Shown: positions 10,204 through 22,600 of the stretch, piece by piece | Numbering within the stretch: position 1 is the first letter of the stretch | How the letters are laid out: every line of letters starts with the position of its first letter | Assembly (NCBI GenBank): GCA_018398765.1 | Contig: JAHBMJ010000017.1 | Location: 1 to 59,356 of the forward strand | Direction: 5' to 3' | DNA: 59,356 nucleotides | Source: Chromera velia | Taxonomy: Eukaryota | Position numbers and translations under genes: made by a program | Notes under the pieces: model-generated | What the model saw: only the letters and a program-made list of their open reading frames with translations | The model's database searches: none | Told to the model about the DNA's origin: nothing

Positions 10204-12055
10204 TTACCCGCCCATCGGGTTGTATATCAGCATGCGCAAAAAAGAAAAGATCGAGCCATCCGTAACCGATAGGGTAGAACGGGGAAGGGCAGAGATGGAA
10301 GGAACACCGGAGGACGACTTGCTGTACAGGAGGAAGACAAACATATGGCGGGAGGACGGGAAGTCACACTGCAGAGGGGTGAGTCTAACAAGGAGGGGAA
10401 AGTGAGAGGAAGATTGTCCATCATCCTCAGAAGCCTTCATACATTCCTTTGCAACTGTCTGCTTCACCTTGCCCTTGAAGAAAAGTGAGCCAGTGCCTTG
10501 TGCCCTACGACCATTCTGCCCGCGTTGGGAAGACAGATCGGGCTCAACCCTCACTGAGCGGACAGAAATCAAATCAGCCCAACGAAGCAGCCTATCTATA
10601 GACCTTATGAATTGTTGGCAGCAGTTATTCTTCCAGGAACGCAACATGGCTGCAGGAATAGTGTGTGTTATGATAGAAAGAGAGTGCCACTAGTCAGCCA
10701 CGTGGGAGCAGAGAAGGGCTTTGCAGGGAAAAAGACTAAGGATGTAAAAAGAGGGCAGGCGGAGGCTGCGAGCAGACAAATGACCACACCAACGGGCAAA
10801 CCGAAGCTGCAAAGCATCAAGAGCGAACAGGTCTACATCCCGCACTGGTAGACATTCAAGGCAGTAGAGTGCTACAGGGGTCCAGCAGGCTCTAAAGACT
10901 GTTACCTGCGTATCAATGCTGAGCGGGCCCATACTCGCAATCAACCCAATTACCCCTCTCAGAGCCCGCAAAGCAGAAGCAATATGGGACTCAATTGTCT
11001 TGTTCAAGCACCCCCTTTCAAAGAAAACACACCCCAGATATTTGTATTCGGATGTCTATTTAACTTCCTTTCCACTATACATGACTCTCCCTGCAGATTG
11101 CCCCAGAGCCAAGGCAGATAGGCGCAAGATTTTTGTTTTCTTTAAGTTTACAGTCAGTCCCCATTCCTTGCAATACCCTTCCAAGGCTGAAAACTTCTTT
11201 TGCGGATCTGAGACGGAATGAGCAAGGAAACAGAGATCATCTGCATATCCTAGACTGCTTAAGATACAGTTGTCAAGGAGGACAGATTCGGGCTCTCTCT
11301 CGGGCTTCTCAATGCTGCCCTCCCCCATTCTGCTGTCTGACCATCTTGCTCCCTCTGCTTCTCTGTCTACAGCCCCCTCGTTCTTACTAACTGAACACAC
11401 ACGGGGAAGGTCATTGATATAGATAAGAAAGAGAATGGGAGAGAGAGCATCACCTTGCTTTATCCCAGTGCTCTCCCGAAAACGCAAAGAGTCCCCGTCT
11501 ACCTTTCCCTAGACCTCCCTGTACATTTCACATATCATACATACATCTGCCTCACATACACCTTCTCTTCTCAGTTTCTGAATTAGCTTACCTCTCGGCA
11601 CAGTGTCGAAGGCTTTGAAGAAGTCAACAAAGCCTGCCAGCAGAGCTTTCTTTTTCTTTTTAGAGGAGAGAATGGCAGAGACAAGCGCACCTACCCCTTC
11701 TCTCGTTTCCACCCCTTGTCTAAAACCTAACTACCTGACGTCACGCTCGACTTGAGAGCGCACACCGCCGTCCATCAGCAAACCAAAAAGTTTTGCGAAA
11801 GGGTTGACAACGTGAATAGGCCTCCATTCATTGTGAGAGGGAGAGGCAGGGCCTTTAGAGACAGAGCAGATACGCAGCACATTCCAGGAGGGAGGCCAGC
11901 ACGCAAAAATATGCATACAATTAAACAAAACAGAAAGTAAAAAACAAGAGAGCGCCGAGTGCGTAAAACAAAGGTCAAGCTGAGCGGGGGAGATTCCTTT
12001 AAGGCCGGAGGCTTTCTTTCTATTCATTTTCTTTAGAGCAGAAGAGATTTGATTA
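10204..12055 (-). pseudogene. Non-LTR reverse transcriptase
   Basis: KASGLKGI, WRPIHV, GFRQG, FVDFFKAFDTV, GIKQGDALSPILF, YADD and GLTVNLKKTK motifs; multiple in-frame TAG/TAA stops. Confidence 0.92.
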
Positions 12056-12312
12056 CTATATTCTAGCTTCATTATAAAGTAAAACTAGGTTACTTAAAGC
12101 AATTTAAAGTTTTTTAGAGCATTTAAAATCGTTACTTCTGTGCGAATCTGCTCAAATGTGCTCAAAAGACTGGTTGATTAGCTAGGGTGCATGGTAGGAA
12201 AAATTACGATCTCCACAGCACGTGGAAGTTAGTGAATATTACCTGCAAAGAAATACACAGGCACAATACTAATAGATACGCTCAACAGCAACGTTTAGCG
12301 CCGCCAATCAAC

Positions 12313-15300
12313 TATAAAGAATTGTTTTTTCTGCAAGGGAAACAGTGTAAGAAGGAGAGCTTCACAGTTAGGCTGGTCAGACCGGACAGGAGGCAGTCAA
12401 CAGGGGTTGGAGAGGATTCCGAAGAACAAAACATAGAGACAACATAATTCTATTCACAAAGAACTCACACTACACAGCGTAAAAGCTTGCAAATCGTTCT
12501 GCATGTGTCAATGAGAAACTGTGAAAAAGAAAGACAGGTCTGTAGGTAGATCCAGATGTTCAGAGGGAGACCAGTACGGAGTGCTACAAATGAGAAAGGA
12601 TGAGCGAGTAAGGAGCACTTGTGTCGGGATAGCATGGACCGCTTTGAAAGACTGACACACACGGAGCAAGTGAAAGACATTCAAATGCATGAAAGCTGAG
12701 CGATTGGTCTAGGTGGAAAAATGTCTGGCATGTCATTGACTGAGAGTTGTGCAAAGCTTCAGAAGAGGCGGTCAAAAAATGGAGACTCTCCATTGACCCT
12801 CTCTCAATGACCTTCCTTGTGCGTTTCTGTCAAGCTCCTAGCAAAACAAAGAAGCTGGATGCTAAGCAAATCATTATACAAAGTGAGAGAGCAAGCCGTG
12901 CTTCCTTAACTGACATACAGATGTTCCCAAGTCTCCGTTCACCAACACCTGCAAACACGGAGGGACAGGCGTTCACGTTTTATGCAGTCAAGGAAGCACT
13001 TTTGTCTAGTTTATTCTGCATGCACAAGGTTTGAAGGAAAAAACTAAGAGCCTAAGAAGCAGCGGGTCCAGACAGGCTGACCTGGGGGTTGACCCCAGGG
13101 CTCCCAAGACTGTGACCTGCAAGGAAAGAGTAAGGAGAGCAATGAGGGTAGCAGTATTGTAATACGTAGATAAGGCCTGCAGCCCTTCCCCGTTTAAACA
13201 GGAGGGGCAGCAACGAGCAGCAGCAAGCAGAAAAACGTGTTCTGTGACGGTTTTGGAACAGGGACCTCGAGTTGGGTCAGACCCCCCCCCCCCGAGGTTC
13301 AGAAGTCCGCACTTCTGAACCTTGGGCAAGGGGGGTCAAACCCCCCCACCGCCAGGTCCAGACATAGGCTCATCATGGGTCCGGGAGGCGCCGCCACGGG
13401 GCTAGAGGGGTTGGTGGCACCTAGGGCGGCACTCTGCCCCTTCGACGTGCGCAGCCGACTTTGCCTCTGTCGGCCAATAATCGGGTCTGAAGTCTCTTGT
13501 CCATCTTGAAGCTCCACAGGTTCAAAACTGCGGAGTCCTGAACCTCTGAGCAAACGGACTTTTCCCACATAAATATTACTATAAAAAGCGCTTTGTCAGA
13601 TGTTTTTTGATGGTTTTAGAAGATGTGTAACAGAGCGTTTTCTCGGTTTTAACTTTTTTTTTGGGAGTGCACTTTCGGGGCTCTGGAGGAGACGGGTGTT
13701 GCTGGATCACCTCGGGTCGGCACGAAGTGGAGCTTGGAGGTAGGTCCAGTGGACACTTGCCGTCTTAGTCTTGTTTTCAACGTCTTCCTGCTTGCTGCTG
13801 CTCCTCTTGTTCAAACGGGGAAGGGCTGCCGGCCTTATCTAGGTATTAAAGTACTGCTGCCCTCATCGCTCTCCTTACTCTTTCCTTGTAGGTCACAGTC
13901 TTGGGAGCCCCGGGGTCAACCCCCAGGTCAGCCTGTCTGGACCCGCTGCTTCTTAGGCTCTTGGTTTTTTCCTTCGAACCTTGTGCGTGCAGAATAAGCT
14001 AGACAAAAGTGCTTCCTTGACTGCATAAAGCGTAAATGCCTGTCCCTCCGTGTTTACAGGTGTTGGTGGACGGAGACTTGAGCACACCTGCAGGTCAGTT
14101 AAGGAAGCGTGGCTTGCTCTCTCACTTTTTATAATGATTTGCTTAGCATCCAGCTTCTTTATTCTGCTAGAAGCTTGACAGAAACGCACAAAGGAGGTCA
14201 TTGAGAGAGGGTTGATGGAGAGTCTCCATTTTTTGACTGCTTCTTCTGAAGCTTTGCACAGCTCTCAGCCATGCCAGACATTTTTCCTATGGTCCCGCAC
14301 TCCTAGTAGTTCCTACTAACCCTAGGTTAGATATAGGTACAGACTGCTAAGTCTACTGTCAATCTAGCCTCTAAAAACGCTTGTTTTAAGCTTTTTATAA
14401 CATGTTGATTCAAGTTCTTAGGAGTTCCTTATACTTAGATGAGAGATTGATGTTGGTTCCCGACGATAAAGTCATGTCCGAGCTTTTGGTTCTCATGTTA
14501 ACCAAAAAGCCTAGGAACCGCCTTTTAGGAACCATGAAGGAACCGGAAGGAACCGTCAAGAACCAATAAGAACTGACATTTTTCTGTAAAGAAATGCATT
14601 CAAAAGAGGCTGTAGGTGAGTTTACAACTAATTAAATACAGATACAAGTCGTGCCAGCTTGTGCTAGCTCGCTCCCATCCACAAACACGCTTCCATCAAC
14701 CCTCTTTAACCCCCTCCCGGAAGATGGCTTCCCTCTTGCCCAGTCTAAAGAAGCAAGGAGCACTAGTATCACTTAAGCACCAGGAGCGTCTCGGGCCAAT
14801 TGAGGGACTGAATTCTTTGTAGTTCCCCAGACAGTTCTTAGTAACTTTCTACATAGTTCTTTGGTTCTCATACGGTTCCTACTGGTTTTTTACGGTTCTT
14901 CCATGGATCCTAAGGTTCCTGTTTGATTTCCTAGCAATTTTGGTATTCATATACTTAATTTAGGTCCTTTGTGGTTCCTGTGGCAGCCTCAGTTCAGAGT
15001 GGTCAGGAACCGTATTTTAGGAACTTAGGAACCAAAACGCTGGACACATACTTTTTGCGTGAGAACTAGTGGGAACCGGTTAAGAACCAAGCTAAAACAT
15101 GTCACAATAGACTTTTTAGACATTATTTTATATTTTATTTGATCAATTTTCTTTTAGACAGAATCTGTTTATCACTTTTGATACTAGGAACCAAGTGGGC
15201 ATTACTATGGGCCGCACACAGTACGGCCCTATAGCATTTTTCCACCTAGACCAATCGCTCAGCTTTCATGCATTTAAATGTCTTCCACTTACTCCGTGTA

Positions 15301-15640
15301 TGTCAGTCTTTCAAAGCGGTCCATACTATCCCAACGCAAATGCTTCTTACTCATTCATCCTTTTTTATTTGTGGCACTCTGTACTGGTCTCTTTCTCAAC
15401 ATCTGGATCTACCTACAGACCTGTCCTTCTTTTTACAGTTTCTCATTAACACACGCAGAACGACTTGCAAGCTTTTACGCCGTGTAGTGTGAGTTCTTTA
15501 TGAATAGAATTATGTTGTCTCTATGCTCTGTTCTTCGGAATCCTTTCCGACTCCTGCTGACCACCTCCTATCTAGTCTAACCAGCCTAGCTGTGAAGCCC
15601 TCCTTCCTGCACTGTTTCCCTTGTAAAAGAAGCAATTCTT
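12313..15640. repeat. Large inverted duplication: arm about 12313-13237 versus about 13778-15640, the latter split by an insertion
   Basis: Mirror-image ORFs (12747-13034+ vs 13953-14201-; 12508-12690- vs 15268-15492+) and directly readable reverse complements. Confidence 0.88.
14287..15234. mobile_element. Non-autonomous DNA transposon with 8-bp TSD (hAT/P-like)
   Basis: catttttc is duplicated at 14279-14286 and 15235-15242; the empty site is visible in the other arm. Imperfect TIRs ctatggtcccgcac / gtacggccctatag; many ggaacc/ggttcc subterminal motifs. Confidence 0.8.
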
Positions 15641-15828
15641 TGTACTTAACGCATGCCGGGGGCGAGTGAGGTGCTTTCTGCCCCCCTAAAGCGGCGCATT
15701 TCCACAAAAAACTCGTTCTCATAATTGGTAAGGAGTTAAAAGCTGAAACTTTGTGTAAGAAGACGTTGTAATGATAGAAATACTCCCCTAACACTCAAGG
15801 CTACTTGAAATTTTGTGCCGCTCAAAAA

Positions 15829-16006
15829 TCTATTCTTGAAAGGCTGCGCCTACATCTTAAAAAGCGGTGCTGCAAGCGCGGCCTATATCTTGAAAAGCCA
15901 CACCAGAGGCGCGGCCTATGTCTTGAAAAGCTATGCCACAAGCATCCGTAAGCACTGTCTATGTCTTGAAAAGCCACGCTGCATAAAAGGCTTATATCTT
16001 GAAAAA
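15829..16006 (+). repeat. Six copies of an about 18-bp motif (gcctatrtcttgaaaagc) with variable spacers
   Basis: Copies near 15829, 15848, 15881, 15914, 15957 and 15990. Confidence 0.75.
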
Positions 16007-16515
16007 AAATGTTACATATACAGGAAGATGAGTTGCTAACAGGGAGGAAAGCCGAAGGAGGAATAAATAACTTTCTGGATACGTACACAAATTCTGTCGA
16101 GAGCACTTCATCTGGAGTGGAGGCCCACTCAGTGCTCTTTTCTGTATAAAAGTCAAACACGACTGCGCGTTTCACCTCTTCTAACGGCGATCCTCCTTCA
16201 CTGACCCCCGAATTTCTTGTACGCAGCTCTTCTTTCGCTTCCTTTCTTGTCAAGCCATCTATGCCTGCTTTTGTCAGTACTTTTCTTCTCTGAGCAAAGC
16301 GATTTTTTGTTCTCTGACATGTGCCCCGAGAAGCAAAAAATTTGTTTCTTCATCTTTGGAGGAGGTCGACATGAAGAGGGAATGAAAGAGAAGGGGGGTG
16401 GAAGCTTCCTCCTTTTTTTCTGAATTTTGTATACGTAACACACCTGAACAACACATGATACACCCCTTGTATGACTCGTGGCCGCGACTACGCTGCCCTC
16501 TGAGATATTGTACAG

Positions 16516-18720
16516 TTGCCCTCTGAGCCTGCACGTCGTTGCCGGGTGATTGCCTACGTCCTGTCGAAGAGGGCAGAGGCGGAGCGCGCGGTCTCCCCTT
16601 CGGAGGCAGACTCGGAGGGGGAGAAGGAAAGGGACCTCTGGGCTCCTCTAAAGATTCGGTACACAGTCAGTGGCTGGGGCCCATATCTTCGAATTGCAGT
16701 TCCTGCAGCTCTCTGTCTCTGTCTCAAGTGGTCAGTCGATCTGCGTGCGTTTTATTTACAAATATTTGTTCTGTGACAGTCATGCTGAAAGGGACAGATT
16801 ATCGGGTTTAGAGTGGCCCAGAGGTCTGTGTGGGCCTGTGGTGCTGTGTACGTGAGATGGTAAAAGAAAGAACAGTCATGCCGCCTTGGTAGAGGAGTCC
16901 GAAAGGTGGAAGGGCAATCAATTTCTTGTTGCCTTACCTTTCTGCACGGAGCTGGTACACCAAGGACGCGGCTATGAAGGAAGGAAGAGAAGCACGGAGA
17001 CTTTGTCGAAGAATTTGAAGATGAGAAAAGGGAGGAAAGACGTACATGCAGTTCCCTCTCAGAAAGAACTCGCATGCCTCGACCAACCATTTGTTTTGCC
17101 TGTGTGGTCTGCTTGTGCGCGCTGTTGGAATCCTATCCAGTTTTGTATGGGCTGGGTCACTCTGAGTTCACGCGATCGATGCTCCAACTAGGCGGCATTG
17201 TGTTGGTGAGGGAGGCTGCTTGCTTGCCTTTGGAGGTTCGGTCGATATCATGGCTGTCAAACCTACATGGTTCTGGGCACATTCCTTTGCGGCGGATGAC
17301 AGAAAGAAAGATAGGGAGGTATTGGTGCTGCCTGCAGGAGTGCTGTTGAGATCATGACCGTCGAGGCGGGATGGCTCGGCATGCATTTTCTTTTATACAG
17401 AATTCTTTTTCATACATATTCTGTATGCATATTCTGTATGAAAGAAAATGCCTGCAGGGGTGCTGTTGAGATCATGACCGTCGAGGCGGGATGGCTCGGC
17501 ACAGTCCCTCTGGCTGCACATATCGGCCTGTACAACTTTATTTCTTTCAACTGTATGACCATGGGGGGTGAGTACATAATATTTGTACATACACAGACAT
17601 GTCTGTATCCGTATATGTAAGTGTGCACGTGGATGGATAAATGAGTCAATTAAATGAACCGATTGATAGGTAAGCAAAGGTATGATCGAGTGCGTGGATG
17701 AGTGTGTGACTTAGTGAGTAAGTGGATTTTCGGATGTGTGGACGGTAAATGAGTGAATAAACGGTGATCCGCTGAGTGCATGAGTGGTTGACTGAATGTT
17801 CAAGCCGGTGGAGCTGCTCTCTTGACCCTCCATCTCCATGTATATTTATCTGTGGGCCCGTAGAAACTGTTAGATCGCACCTCTTTCGATCACTTTTTTA
17901 CTTCAGACACCCGGCCAGTTCGGCTGTTGACAATGCTTATTGTTTAGCGTCGTTTGATCCTTCTCCAACAGAGAGGCAGGGACCGGACTTTTCTTCATAT
18001 CTGCATGTGTCTATGCAGGTCAGAGAAAAACCCGAGGGAGCTAGGGTCCCAATGTGCTTGCTTACTGCCTGCCTCCCTGCCTGTCAATCTGAAGGGACAT
18101 GTGCATGCAGTCCATTTCTCTCCCTCCGGCCAATTTCCTTCCTTCCCTGTTTTCCCCGTCTTACAGGTCTTGGCAATGCGCTTTCGGCAAAGGCGGGTGC
18201 GTGTGTGGGTACTGGAAGGGGAGAGGCCGGCAAGCGTTACATTCTCCCTGCTCTGTTCTTGGGGGGCGTTTATGCTGCCACCCTGGTGCTCTGCTTGTGG
18301 CTACTTAGAGACTGGTCAGTCAATCAATGCATTCATTTTCTTTCATACAGAATTCTTTTTCAGGGAGCGCTCTGTATGAAAAAAAATGCATGCGCTGCTT
18401 GTGGCTACTCAGAGACTGGTCAGTCGATGCATTCAGTGACGGGTGGATGGAGACACGGTGGCAGCGTTGGTAAGTAGATAGAGAACTCAGTCGTGCAGTC
18501 AAGAGGAAAGAAAGGAGGCATTTCTTCAATCCAGTACACTAGCCTTGGATTGGATTGGGTTCAAGTCGACCCTCACCTTCTGAATTCAGTCAGTAGTTAC
18601 AGATTCACATGCATGCCATATGAATAGAAAAGACGTTCAAGGTGCTCATTATCGGATTGAAGCTGTTAGTAAGAGGGGGGAGAAAGTGGCCGTTTCACTT
18701 CTTTCTCACCTCTTCAGCAC

Positions 18721-18763
<43 letters not shown>

Positions 18764-18774
18764 TACATACGCAT

Positions 18775-18814
<40 letters not shown>

Positions 18815-19972
18815 GCACACGCACAGCGCACACGCACACGCACACGCACAGAGAGAGAGAAGGGGGAAAGGGGGGGGGAGGCTTAGAAAGGAGGGAATGA
18901 AGCAGTGAATCCTTTTTGAAAGAGAAATTGACGGCAGCAAAAACCAATTGAACAAATCACAACGTACGTGTTCAGGACGAAGTTTCTTTTTACATCCTCA
19001 GACGAGGTCACAGAGGTCACCTCGAGAGCGCTCCCGGCTATTCTCGTCTACATCTGTTTGGACATGATGAACCAGACCCTGTTGGGCGCAGTGCGAACGC
19101 TCTCCTACCAGGATCTTGCCGCGTGTCTAAATCTCCTCAGCTTCTACCTCGTTGCGTAGGTAGGTTGGAAGGAAGGGCGGGGCCGGGGGATTTCCTCTTC
19201 CTTCTATTCTATTGTTTCTATTGTCGCTGAGACTTGCATGTGAAAGGACAGAAGGAGAGAAAGTCGGAGGAGAAAGGCCTGCCTGCCTTCCTGCATGCAT
19301 ACAATCTTTTTTGTGCATGCGTGGGGGGGCATGGTGGGAATATTTTTTCCATTCTGTGCCTTTCGTATTCTTCTTTTTTTCTTGACCCCCTCGTCTATCA
19401 CTCCCTTGATCCGGCCACTCTGCTATCCTTGCTGTCTCTGTTGCCATCCTAACCCTCGTCTGTGCTTCTTACATTTACCCCGGTGCTTTCCGTTTCATCT
19501 GCTCCCTCCCGGGTTGGCTTGACTCTCTGACATTTTGTCGCTTCTCCTCTGAAGTCTTTCATTCATTCATTCACTGATCCGTTTAATTTGCTTCTCTGTC
19601 TCCTCTTTCTCTCTCTCTCTTCCTCCCTCCCTTCTTCCCTGCAGCCCCTAATATTTCTTGCAGCATTGCGCTTCAAGCTCGGCATTGTGGGAATCTGGGG
19701 AGCTGCAGACATTGGCTTCGTTGTTCTGGTCCGTTGATCGATCATCGGGCCTGCCTGGGAAATGTTTTCCCTTCGTCTCCTTTTTGTCATTTTGTTTGTG
19801 TGTATGAGCGGGTGTTAAGTTGAATCAATTGTGTGGAGAGGCTTTTCCTCCCGATCTCTGCACCCGTGCCCCTTTCTGAAGGACAGAAGGACGAAGAGTC
19901 GCCCTGATTTCTTTCCTTCTTTCAAAGATGTTGCGCTTCTCTCATGGGATTCTAATTTCTGTGCGTGGCTGC

Positions 19973-20045
<73 letters not shown>

Positions 20046-20312
20046 TTTGAAATAATCGAAGTGTGTTTTCTGGTATCTTCTCCGCGCATGCAGGTGAGTT
20101 CGTACTTAGTCCTGGTCTTCTTTGCCGGTTGGGAGGAGACAGGTCGGAAGGCGCTGGAGCTGGTGGAGTCCGAAAGAGAAAGCCAGCAGAGGAGCGAAAT
20201 GCAGTCGGAGAGAGAATCCATCTTGGGAGTGCATGCGGGAGAGACAGTGACTGACCTTCATAGAGTTCCTGTAGAAGCAGATATCGACAGAACCAGACCC
20301 CTCCTGGCGTGA
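16516..20312 (+). pseudogene. MATE-family efflux transporter, C-terminal half, multi-exon
   Basis: GT-AG exons translate to GWGPYLRIAVPAALCLCLKW / AVEIMTVEAGWLGTVPLAAH / GLGNALSAKAG / [18 protein letters not shown] / FKLGIVGIWG. In-frame TAG at 19157; no N-terminal half found. Confidence 0.8.
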
Positions 20313-21859
20313 AAGGATCAGAAAGACTGGATGCTTTACTTCACAGCGGACTGGGTCGGAGCAACAGGGAGAGACTGTGCATGCTTAGTGTTTCGCACAG
20401 TCCTCGCTTTTGACATCCCTCTTTCTCTCTCTTTCTCAATGCCTATCCATCTCCCTCTTCCTCTCTGTGTGTCTCCTTTCCGCCTTCTTTAAGTTTCTCT
20501 CTCTGTCTCTCCCCCTCGTCCTCCGTGTCTGTATGCGCATGATAGGTGTTCGCTGGAGATTGTGGCAGACTCAGTGGTTTCTGGGGTTCCAGTTGAGGCA
20601 GAAAATTGCCTGACGGGACCCCTATATTGCCCTAATGTCTCCTCTTACACCGCCTTTTATTTTTTTGGCTTTTGGTTGAGTGCTTTCATCAGGCATGTGC
20701 CTGAAAATTTTGGTTCAGAGGGTCTTTCTGATTCATGAATTTTAATTGAATTTTATGAATGGAGGTTCTTGCCAGTGAGGTATCTCTTGGGCTGTGTCCT
20801 TCTCGTGTTATGCAATAACTGTTGATCTCATGCACCTAGATTAACAAAAGGTTCCCAAAGCAGTCGCAACGTTCATGCAGGCGGGGCGATGACACTCAAG
20901 ATGGCACTCAAAGTTGACTTTTGAAATTTTGTGAACACTGCTACTAGGAACAGTAATACAAAAGATGTAGAGTCTCACTCTAGGTCTCATAAAAAAAAAG
21001 CTGCAACCGAGGTTGCAACCGTTCATCTATGAGGAATGACAAACTGAAATATCCGTATATCCAAGATATTCGATTATGAAATATCTAAATATCCAGATAT
21101 TTGAAGATATTTGGGGATATTTGTGATATTTCAAGATATTTTAAGATATTTGATGATATTTCACCAAATAATTATTTTAAATAATTTGATTATCATTATT
21201 ATTATCTTTCATTATCTTATGTATGAGTCAGACTTAGGGATAGACTACGGGTTAGACCTAAGGTCAGACTGATATTACGATTCGCGACACCCCAATCAGC
21301 TTCATGGCTATTTATGGCATATAGGTCGTGGACCACACGCGGGCCGTGGGGGTACGCAGGGGCATGCAGACATTAATTGGCATATATGCAATCCGCGCAT
21401 CCTGCGCGCCACCGCGGCCGCTGGCCTACATGCAGCCCATGCATGCATTGCATGCTTTTCGGGAGACCAGTTGGCCTCCATATATGGCCTCCAGAGTTTT
21501 TCACAGCGCAAAACATCGCAAAACTGCCTCAGTATTAGCCAGTAACTCTGAGTTAACTCTGAAGTGCTTAGAGATTCAAGTGTTTCCATTACAGATTGGA
21601 GAGCTCCATCACTTTCCCATGCAGTATGCTGGCCTCAGTGCAGCTGTGATTTTTCCCTCCATTGTCTCCACTGATTTTTGAGAGTGCATCCTTGTTGTTG
21701 CTTTTCCCAGGATTTTTTGTGTTGCCCTATCAACCTGCCTTTGAGGTAAAAATGAAGGTCGCTTGGAGCATGAACGCTGTGCACCTTGGTGTGTCGTGTT
21801 TGTAGAGTGCTCGTCTCTTTCGTTTCTTTTCTCTGCATCCGCCATCCGTACAACGGCGA

Positions 21860-22600
21860 GGGAAACATTTTTCTTTGGCGAGACAGGCACTTGTGTTGAC
21901 AGAAAGCAAACTCGTCATCGGTTCTATAGCACAAACAGTGAGTGTATCCTCCCCCAGCTCGACGTCTCTCTTTGTTTTCCTCTCTCCCTACCCACACAAC
22001 AGCGAGGCAAACATTAAATTTTTCCTTCGCGAGACAGACCCTTGTGCTGACAGAAAGGAGACTTTTCAGCAGTTCCGCGCCATAAGCAGTGAGTGTATCC
22101 TCCCTCAGCTCGACGTCTCTCTTTGTTTTCCTCTCTCCCTATCCATAGAACAGCGAGGCACAAACATTTTCCTTCGTGAGACAGACTCTTGTATTGACCT
22201 CATCATCGATTCCAAAGCACGAACAGTGAGTGTATCCTCCCCCAGCTCGACGTCTCTCTTTGTTTTCCTCTCTCCCTACCCACACAACAGCGAGGCAAAC
22301 ATTTTTCTTCGCAAGACAGACCCTTGTGCTAACAGAAAGGAAACTTTTCAGCAGTTCCGCACCACAAGCAGTGAGTGTATCCTCCCCCAGCTCGATGTTT
22401 CTCTTTGTTTTCCTCTCTCCCCATCCACAGAACAGCGAGGCACAAACATTTTCCTTCATAAGATAGACCCTTGTGCTGATAGAAAGGAGACTTCTCAACA
22501 GTTTCGCAGCACGAGCAGTGAGTGTGTCCTCCCCCAGCTTGACGTCTCTTTATCTTTTCCTCTCTTCCTATCTATAGAACAGCGAGGCGAGACAGACCTT
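21860..22600 (+). repeat. Minisatellite, about 5 copies of a 138-151 bp unit
   Basis: cagtgagtgtatcctcccccagctcgacgtctctctttgttttcctctctcc recurs five times. Confidence 0.9.

Larger units (their letters stand above)
7213..12055 (-). mobile_element. 5'-truncated non-LTR retrotransposon (LINE) with (TCAA)n tail, split by the 7267-9814 element
   Basis: RT remnant at 10204-12055; 3' terminus and (attg)n tail at 7213-7255. Confidence 0.75.

Noticed and set aside
15829..16006. CRISPR array call
   Set aside because: The repeats are short and degenerate, the spacers are short and partly similar, and the context is eukaryotic with no cas genes. Kept only as a repeat finding.
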